Origin: Octopus vulgaris
Taxonomy: Eukaryota
Reading direction: 5' to 3'
DNA: 64,000 nt
NCBI GenBank assembly: GCA_951406725.2
Contig: OX597832.1
Location: 10,540,001 to 10,604,000 of the forward strand
Shown: piece after piece, positions 54,985 to 64,000 of the stretch
Layout: every line of letters begins with the position of its first letter
How positions within the stretch are numbered: position 1 is the first letter of the stretch
Notes under the pieces: generated by a model
The model's input: only the letters and a program-made list of their open reading frames with translations
Databases searched by the model: none
Told to the model about the DNA's origin: nothing
Program-made: the position numbers and the translations under genes

Positions 54985-56433
54985 GTGAGTTGGTTGAGCT
55001 TTGGTTTCGCTCCCAGGTGAGTTGTTGTTTTTATTGTTCTGAAATACGGAATTGTTGAATTACTGAATTGTTGGATATTGTGTTTGATATTCTGTTTCTG
55101 AATTTGCTGAAAATTTTATTTGGTTTCCCCATTTATGGGTGAAGCGGGTAATAACGCAATTATGCCGGTTCAAACAGGCAGTTATGCGGCAGTGACGGGC
55201 AAAAGCCTGACAGCTGAGCTACTGAATATACAAGAACTTGAAGTAAAGGATATAGATTATAAGATACAGAACGTTAAATATAGCTACAAGGAAAGTGGAA
55301 TTCGCAACCATCGAAGCGATAGAATGCCTAAAAGACGTAAAAGACAATTACATTCTACAACAGAGCACGGAAGTTTGGCACGGTGGAGGTTCGCTTCGTT
55401 AATGAAAACGAATAAAAAAAGTACTCCACCGTATCGTTGAAGACAGTACTGTGGGCACTCTTACCTACTTATTGTGGCAGACATTCGGCCAGAGTGAGAA
55501 TAGGGAGAGTGCCACCAGAAATAGACGAGGATTGGTTGGTGGCAGCCATCCTCTGTAGAGGAAAAGGTCGAGATTTTGATAGCATCCAAAACAGCGGAGG
55601 TCAACTGGTGGGGGTTTGGCCTCGAAGTGATGGTACTCATAATCCTACCAGACCTCCACAAGATGACGGAGGAGATAATATTGCTCGACGAGACTAGACT
55701 GAGAGTCATGGTAGAGGGGTGATCACCAATATGCTTCCAATGTGGAGTAAGGGGGCATGTAAAGGCAAGGTGTCCCCAGAAACATGAACAACTGGTGGTG
55801 GAGGAAGAGAGTTCGGAAAATGTAAATGAAATAGCGGAGAAGGAAGTAGAGTTGTCCGAGGAAGACAAGAGAGGAAATAGTGAGTCCCCACCAAAAAAGA
55901 AATGGAAAGCAGAAAAAAAGGGAAAAGAACAGCTGAAGCAACGATAGAACAAATACCAGGGCCGGAGCCGTCAACAAGTAAGGAGGAGGAAGGACGGGAA
56001 GAACTGTTAGATCTGCTAGAAACAACAGCAAAAATGACAGAGAATGTTGAAAGAAGGCCGAAGCCGTCAACAAGTAAGGTTGACGAAGAACGGAAGTCAT
56101 TGGAAGAACCGATAACAAGTAAAGGCCACGTAAAGGAAAATACAACAGAAGATATGTGAGATACGAGAAAAGTGTAGAAATTGAAAAACGGATAGCAAGA
56201 AGGAAGGGAGTTATCAGTGAAACTTGCAGATAAGGAGGTGAATCGAAACAAGAAAGCAGTATTATTAGATGAGGAAAAAGCAGCCAGACTGAGAAAGACA
56301 TTCGGAAGTAGGATAGAGAATACAGCATTATGGGTTCGATTCGACGAAGTACCACCTGTGATAACTTTTGAGGAAATGGTAAGTCTTATGATATAGAATA
56401 AAAATAAAGGAAAAAAGATATCAAACAGAACGG

Positions 56434-56488
<55 letters not shown>

Positions 56489-56697
56489 GAACAGTAATAA
56501 AGATACAAACTGAACAGTAAAATGCAACTTTCTACTTTTGTGGGGGTGGGGTAGAAAGTCATTTTCGTCATCATTATAATTTTATTTTTACATCTTATAA
56601 ATCATTCGCTAATATTTTATTTGTACCCCACGTTTGTGTTATCTGTCTCCGTAGTGTCCCCTCTATATTTAAGGATTTATGCCTAATAAAGAAAAGA
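54985..56697 (+). mobile_element. ORF1-only zinc-knuckle retroposon, copy 3 (1713 bp) with 16-bp TSD
   Basis: TSD gatttttatcatctac at 54969-54984 and 56698-56713; ORF relic SYAAVTG..RKFGTVEVRF..LKTVLWALLPTYCGRHSARVRIGRVPPEIDEDWLVAAIL..VMVEG*SPICFQCGVRGHVKARCP plus E/K-rich tail; aataaa near the 3' end; no RT. Confidence 0.88.
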
Positions 56698-56729
56698 GAT
56701 TTTTATCATCTACTTTGAGTTATGATGCA

Positions 56730-57460
56730 TTCATATGTTTGTCTATATATTTTCTTAGCATGATTGATATGAGATATTGAAGTTGATTAGTTGATATACA
56801 GTTATTCCAGTATATAACACCAGGTATGTTCACAAATGACTTCATTTAATCTGGTTTCTTTTTTCTATGTCAGTTTATAATTGCATGATTCCCTAGTTAC
56901 GCCACATGCGTTCATTACCGGTTTCCTTTGTTTTTCTATGGTAAAATGTAATTGATTTCCCCGCCAGAAGCCATTCTTTCAGGACACAGCAATGCGAGAA
57001 TGTGACATGTTGTTGGCAAACAAATTATAGACCTGTAGCTGCAGTGGTATCTCATGTTTTATATGCCTTTTATATTTTTTGTGGAATCAATATTCTTTCT
57101 CTCTTTGTAACTTTTCACGGGATTCTGGGTTTGTTTACTAATTCATCGAATGTTCTTTCCAGAGATTAATGAATACTCTTTGGTGCTTCAACCAGAAATT
57201 GCCGACACTGACAATCCTCCATGATTTCCATTTGATTGAATCTTTTATCGCCTTTGGTGAAGTCATGATAGTTATCATGTTAGCACTGATATTACATTTT
57301 TCTTATCCTTCTACCTTCTGATCCATTGTGATTTTTGATTGAGTCGGAAGACCCCTTTCTCCACGCAAACACTATGGCTAAAACTGCCTTTGATGTTCAT
57401 GTGTCATCCAGGGTTTTATTAAAATGGATGTCTGTAAAGTCTTTCAGCATTCGGTTGTAA
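56730..57460 (-). pseudogene. Possible very old R4-type LINE fragment
   Basis: Minus-strand RGERGLP (GGRGL-like) preceded by D...MT..GSF; weak. Confidence 0.3.
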
Positions 57461-58334
57461 TCACATATTCTCTGGCCAGAACCTCAAACACTTTTCGAAG
57501 TGATGTATCCCGAATTCTTTTGATAACGGCTTGATAAATTGTTTCTGCGGCTTCAAATTTCTATTCTTTTTATTTTTATTATTTAAGACGGGAATTCGTT
57601 CGGTCATATGAGTGTTGGATAGAATACAATACATTACGAAATATGACGGTGAGTTCAAGTCCCACAAAATTCTAAGTTTTTTTTTTTTTTTTTTTGGTTT
57701 TCTAATAATGTTACAAATACGATGTGGTGGATTGTCGGATCTGTTGAATAGACAGAAAGATGTCTTGCAATACTGGTGCCAGCTCTCCGCATTTTAACTT
57801 AAAACCAGCGACGACTGTATTCTAGAAAATGAAGACTTGCATACATGGACAACAACCACATTTCTGTAAAATTAAAAGTAAAGCTTTCTCGTGTCCGTAT
57901 CTTGTATCTTGGAGAAACTTTTTTAAAGTGATGCCTAACAAATCTTTTATATCAGATGACAAATGCCAGTTATGTTTTTAAATTTATCTTGTAACAGCTT
58001 GATTTAGATTTTTAAGATTTGTTTGTTTATCATTTGGTTATTTATTTTACGAAATTCGTAATAGTAATGAGTTTATCTTTAAAGTTCGGAATACCTCTTT
58101 ACTACTACTACAATTACTACTGAATAAATTGCATTACTTATTTTGTTGCTCTTAGAAATTTTCTTTCCCTGAATATATCCTCTGTCCTTCATCACCGGCA
58201 ATTTTCCATTATCGTTTCCCAGTTACACATTCAACTACCGTCAATTTTTAACGCTTATTGCATGAGCAAGATATTTCTAGCTAAAAGCGGAAAGCAATAT
58301 TTTTAAAACCATCACAATCATCAATTTCGAGGGA

Positions 58335-58510
58335 GGGTGGAAATGTCGATTACATAGACCTCAATGCTCAACTAGGACTTATTTTATCGACCCTGAAAGG
58401 ATGAAAGGTATGGTAGATCTCAACGGAATTTGAACTCAAATCATAAAGACAGACGAAATGCCGCTACGCATATTACCCGGCATGCAAACCATTCTACTAG
58501 CTCGCTTCCT
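58335..58510 (-). mobile_element. Old family-B-related SINE
   Basis: ttttatcgaccctgaaaggatgaaagg...cggaatttgaactc. Confidence 0.75.
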
Positions 58511-60319
58511 TACAACTATCACAATCATGAACATTAATTTAGATTATAAATTTTTTATTACTATGACTATTAGTATTTGTAGTTGTTGCTGATTGTTAGA
58601 GATACGAACAAAGATTTGCATGAACAAAGTAGTGCATGCACTTTGTCTTGAGTTCAAACCCCACCGAGGGTACATTTACTTACAATCCAACGAACTCAAT
58701 GCAACAACATTTCTTTAGATTCAATATCTTTAACTTTTGTGATAAATCACTATTAATGGAGAAACAATTACACAGGAAATACTTAGGCGGCAATGCGGCA
58801 CATGAATGAATTTATATTAAGTTTCTGCGTGGCATAATATTGTTTTACATGTTATATTTAATAAGGCTGTTGTGAAGAACATTTGTTCCATATTTAATTA
58901 TATCCATCACTAAATAGAGATAAATAGTGAACACAGAAAATCGCAAGTAGATTTCATATGCTAAATTCAATATCTTTTAGAGTTTGAGCTTAACACACTT
59001 CATTACACACTTGTGTAATATGTGATCATGATATGGTAAAACTTAAAACAGTAGCCCATTTTATCTACTTCTGAAATTATTGATATTAATGTTGAGAAAG
59101 GTTTTAATATATCTTACCAACCCTTGTAAAACAGAGATATCGCTTGCAAAATTTCAATAAGTCATTTAGTTGTAAATGTAATCAAGAGCAAATATAAACA
59201 CCCGCCTCCCTTTCTGGCCTGGCAGAATATTTCGAGACTAAAATGTGGCCAGATGTACCAATACATATCTGGTGCCTGTTTTACCTGAATAGAATGGAGT
59301 CAAGTGACAAGAAATTAGAGCGCGATGCTTAAGGGCGCAACGCAACAACTTGGACTTTAACAGAAGCCACAACCACACGGCTGATTATAAATCGAAATTT
59401 ATGACTAATTTATCTTTGTTCATAGTAACGAATCCCGGCTATATACACGCATTCACATACTTGCACACTCACACATTAAGCTTTAACTATAGAATATGCT
59501 TTCGGCATGACAACAGTCTCAATTTAATATAAGAAACAAGTTTAAAAGAATGTGTTGAATGTTAAGAGAAATAATATTAAAAGCAATATATCAAAAACTT
59601 TATGTATCTTAATAAAAGATAGGCAAATACACATTCACTTTCTATCTCTTGCTCTCTCTCTCTCTCTCACCATTCTCTCTGATTTCTAAGATGCAAATAG
59701 CCTATATGAAATATTTTTTTTAATCTAAAAGATCAGTTATTTTTATTCTATATAAACATTTCAGACGAAAGAATAGGAATTAACATCTTTAACGATTCCA
59801 GAAAAGTGACCACTGCTGATCTATCAACCAAACAAAATGCTTAAACGAGACCGCTTCATAGCTGTCTTTTTGAAGGTAACATACAATTTCCTTTCTTTGG
59901 AACAGTTAATGGGTGAGTCCAAGTTGCTTTATGGGCTTATGGCACTGACAATTTCATATATGAAAGACGAAATCAGGAAAGGAGATTTCAAAGATGCTGA
60001 AGCGATTATTCGCCATTACTTCAACCATTCTTCATTTAGCACCACCTTATGGAATTAAAGACGCATGTTTAATATTTTATGAACCTTTAGGAGGTTAAAT
60101 GACCACGTATAACTCATTTATTTTCTTGTAGATTTAAACCGCTGTAGTAGTTTCTTGTGTTGATTCATGAGACATAAAAACGCTAAGTTTAAAAAGCCGG
60201 GACACACTGTTTTCATTCCTAATTGCTGATATTTTTATGCTGATATTAGTTTTCAAGTCCCTGCCTGGGATTGAACTTAGAATCTGAAGTTTAGTAGCGC
60301 TAAAATACACTTTATAATT

Positions 60320-60605
60320 GCCCGCGAGCATATAGCGTAGTGGATAAGAGCGCAGGTTACTAACCCTCAGATTCTTAGTTCAATCCCTGGTTGGGATTTG
60401 AAAAATAATATTAACAGAAAAATAACATCAGGTACGAGAACAGTGTACCCTATTAGTCAAATGTAGAGTTGGGTTTGAAATTTCAATAGAAACCTGATGA
60501 AGGCTGGAGAGCAAATCGCCCGAAACGCAGCGATAATAACAAGCGGAGGACACATATCTGTCCATAAGTAAATAACGTACATAATTCGTCATCTGAAAAA
60601 TATGG
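60320..60605 (+). mobile_element. tRNA-headed element whose 3' half carries the hammerhead tail of the 9688-9809 family
   Basis: tagcgtagtggataagagcgc..agttcaatccc (A/B boxes), then aatttc..cCTGATGAaggctggagag..cccGAAAcg..aaataacgtacataattcgtcatc. Confidence 0.65.
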
Positions 60606-61286
60606 AAGGAAAAAATATAGAAACTATAGAGAAATATAAAAGATCACCAAAGTATCGTAAGCAAATACAAGATTGCCAAAAAACACCTACCTTCATTAGC
60701 ATTTTCATCGATTTCATTGATTGTGACAGAAGTATTCAGATGGATTGGTAACGATTTGACTGCATTAGATCACGTGTCCCTTAGATCACTGGATCCTTAG
60801 TTGAGCCACGCAAACACATTTTTTTCACTTTAGTAGTGCAGTCCTTTGCTAAATCATACCACACACCGTTTAATCGTGTTCTTGACGTATAGGAGGATTT
60901 TGCCTCTTAACTAGTTTACTATGGGTCTGTTATACATAAAAATAAAATATTTACTATTCTTCTCATAGCAGCTCGAGCAAGCCATTTATTTCGCATTCGT
61001 AACCAGGTAATCGAATCTATCGAACAAAGTGCATTCCTTACGAAATTAATTCTCTGCCTCTTTCATCAATGAAATCTGTGCTATAGCCCGTAAAGCAACA
61101 TTTCTCAAACTTCGAACCAGCGTGTATCTTCCGTAATTAAAATTCATGTTCCAAACATCTAAGTCAAAAGTAGGTATATAATGGTGTGGTACACACTAAC
61201 GTATCTACCATCCTGTAAGCTCCATGGTGTGCTACGTATTTTAAAGAATTTTAAACTTAAATTTTACTAAAATTTTGGTTAATACC

Positions 61287-61510
61287 TATTTCTTTATTAC
61301 CCACAAGGGGCTAAACATAGAGGGGACAAACAAGGACAGACATAGGTATTATGTCGATTACATCGACCCCAGTACGTAACTGGTACTTAATTTATCGACC
61401 CCGAAAGGATAAAAAGCAAAGTCGGCGTCGGCGGAATTTGAACTCACAACGTAACGGCAGACGAAGTACCGCAAAGCATTTCTCCCGGGGTGCTAACGCT
61501 TCTGCTAGCT
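61287..61510 (-). mobile_element. SINE family B with 12-bp TSD
   Basis: TSD ttggttaatacc on both sides (~61275 and ~61518). Confidence 0.88.
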
Positions 61511-61595
61511 CGCTGCCTTGGTTAATACCATCCGTATGAGGTGTTTTCCGAGCAAATTCAAGAAAAGATTTTGTGTGGAGCATCAAACAATTTTA

Positions 61596-61959
61596 TCTCT
61601 CTATATATAAACGGCAGTTTGTCTGTGTGTCTGTTTGGTTGTACCCTCACTCTGACCACGGATTTCAACCGATTCTGATGAAACTTGACACACACATAGC
61701 CCAATGTCATAATTCAAAACTAACCCAGCGAAAATTTTGAAAAGTTCCCCTAGTTCTGAAAAAGATCGATAAATTCGACATGGGTTCGACAATCAGAAAC
61801 ACAAACCACAGATGGTCTAGGGGACGCAACTCGACCTTTTTAACTATCAAAAAATAAATTTACCATCATTTTTTTTCCTATTTTTTGGCTATAACTCTCT
61901 AAAAATACTTTATAGTCATTTCCCTTACAAACCCGAGCAACGCCGGGCGATACTGCTAG
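61596..61959 (+). mobile_element. Non-autonomous Helitron (DINE-1/HINE-like)
   Basis: Inserted between A and T; 5' TCTCTCTATATATAAA, (GTCT/GT) tract, ccgattctgatgaaactt, 3' hairpin cccgagcaacgccggg followed by CTAG. Confidence 0.85.
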
Positions 61960-63664
61960 TCTTAGATAAACGAGTACTGCAGTGTTTAAGCTAAATGTGT
62001 TTTTGTGCGTGTTTTCGAATGGTTACTATGCGTCTCCCCATTATAGCCATTGTTATAGCATCAATACACGATTACAGATCAATCACGTGTTTGGCTATTA
62101 CACCACCTAAATTTTCAGATATTAATAACTTAGAAGTCCCGGAGAAGTATTTGGGTGTTGTTTGCTGATTTTTAAGTGAACCAGCACATGCACCCATTTA
62201 TGTTTTCTTTATTTTTCTATTTCCATGAGGTGTTATGTGTAAAATTGTCGTTATGTGTTGCCGCTTTTCATACTGCGCCAATGATATGATCATTAACTTG
62301 ACATTCATGTATTTTTAGTACATTCCCTGTCTTTACTATTTCTTCTTGTATCTTTTGATGAGTAATATGCATTAGATGAAGCATCCGGGGATTCTGTTAT
62401 GCGTGCAAAATTTTGGGGGAATTTAGTTCGAGTTCTCTTTGGAAATGCTATACTGCATGCACGTTATTTTATCCATCAGCTATGGAACTATATTTCTCTT
62501 CACTCGTTCTTTTTAATTAATTGACTTGCAGAAGCTGTGATTATTCTTATTCTTGAAGTCACATTCGAAGTGTGTTTATTCTGTTAGCTTTATTTTGTTC
62601 TTTTCTTCTTGGACTGCTGTTCTGACTGTTTTGTTCGGTTCTTTGTTCTGTCCGGCTTTGACAATATCGTTTGAATTGTTCAAAATTTTTATTCTAGCTG
62701 TCGTTTTACGTTCACAGCTTGTCACTAGTTCTCACGGCAGGTCGTTCAATTGTTTTTCAATGCTGAAACAGACGTGTCTTCTGCCATTCTTTCGGCTCTG
62801 TCTTTGTAATCGACACACATTTCTTCGGTGTCATCTGACTATAGCTAAATCAAAGACGCTAACGCATCTCCTATCCGTCTTTAAAATGTTCGAGCTAAGT
62901 CTTTATCGGCAAACAGTTACGCGCACACAGTTTTTAAAAGCACATCTCTTTTCTATTATGGAGCATGTACACAAACTTGTATTTGTACTTAAGCGTATTA
63001 AACGTTAATGAGTCTCAAGCACATTTCGATGAATATTACATCAGCTATGCGATCCTCGAATCTCCAAATAAACTGAAATGTAACGGAAATATGAGTAATC
63101 TATTGTGATGTGTCACAGGATAGTGTTTCGTGTATACTTTTTTTCATTGTTTACATAAGTGGCATTGCAAATATAATCAGATATATTAAAACAAATATTC
63201 TCAATCTACTCAAGGTTCCAGCCAATAAACGAAGTTGAATACACAACAGAATTCCAATCGTATTCATGTAAAGCGATTAAAAGAGCAGATACAAAGAGAA
63301 AATGAAAATTCTGCTAAACGAGGAAAATTATGAGTAAGTTCGAAGTAAATGTTTTTAAACGAATTTCTCTTTTATTGGAATACCTCCATGGGTAAAATAA
63401 TACAGTGTGGAATAATACAGAGTAAGATTTAAATAAGTTTTGGAGTAAAAGCATGAAAAGGGAGTTGACGTACCCTACAAGATGTGCCACTTGATCCTTA
63501 GGATATTCGAGTAGAGATCCGAAATTCATCCTCCTTTAAGTTTGCTAACTTTAATTTTTGCTTTCATTTGAATGACTCGGCCAATACAAGTCTCTTAATA
63601 TTAGGCAAAACATCATGAGAATTGAACAATTATAATATGTATAAGTGTGTATCTATAATTTTGA

Positions 63665-63960
63665 AGGTGCATAGCTCACTAGTTAGAGCGTCGCGTATAC
63701 AATCGTGATGATGTGAGATAGATTCCTGAACTGAGATGTGTTCTTAAGGAAGACACAATTTCACGTTGCCCCAGTGCACTCAGCCATAAAAATGAATTAC
63801 ATCACTTTTACCAAGCTGTATCGGCCTTTTCCCTTCTTTTGGATAACATCAGTGGTGTGAAAGGGGGAGGCTGGTACGTATGGGCAACTGCTGGTCTTCC
63901 ACAATCAAACTTGTCTGGAATTGTTCCAAGAAGTGGAACTTTCTAGGTGCAATCCTTTTG
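63665..63960 (+). mobile_element. Degraded tRNA-derived SINE related to family D
   Basis: tagctcactagttagagcg..gattcctg..gtgttcttaaggaagacac..tttcacgttgccccagt. Confidence 0.55.
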
Positions 63961-64000
63961 TGATTCGTGACCAAATGGGGTCTTCTCTCTCCTGCCTCAT

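Noticed and set aside
54985-56697. Zinc-knuckle ORFs as LTR-retrotransposon gag
   Set aside because: No LTRs, PBS or PPT are visible; 15-16 bp TSDs and A-rich tails indicate target-primed retrotransposition.
59764-60058. Possible exon or 73-aa ORF
   Set aside because: Stops occur in all frames after the candidate acceptor and the protein is not recognisable.
62000-62250. Possible AP-endonuclease relic on the minus strand (ILLRDF, NGRRI)
   Set aside because: The motifs are too short and degraded to support a call by eye.

Overview
AT-rich, microsatellite-dense eukaryotic DNA with no intact protein-coding gene that I can support; it is probably intronic or intergenic. The repeat content (tRNA-headed SINEs with CORE/Meta-like bodies and internal (TA)/(TG) microsatellites) resembles an octopus/cephalopod genome; this comes from recall and was not searched. 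Nearly all ORFs in the supplied track are microsatellite or SINE artefacts. Recognisable content: (1) about 25 SINE copies from at least 4 families; (2) a 5'-truncated, degraded R4/Dong-type non-LTR retrotransposon (27974-30625) plus older fragments; (3) Penelope-like relics (GIY-YIG, RT) and several palindromic mini-elements with hammerhead-ribozyme cores next to (TA)n; (4) a non-autonomous Helitron and MITEs. The most notable signal is three highly diverged relics encoding only a gag/ORF1-like CCHC zinc-knuckle protein with no RT. Two of them are ~1.7-1.8 kb, are bounded by exact 15-16 bp target-site duplications, and end in a 3' stem-loop tail shared with the most abundant young SINE. This suggests an ORF1-only ('half-LINE') retroposon family that uses the same LINE machinery as the SINE.
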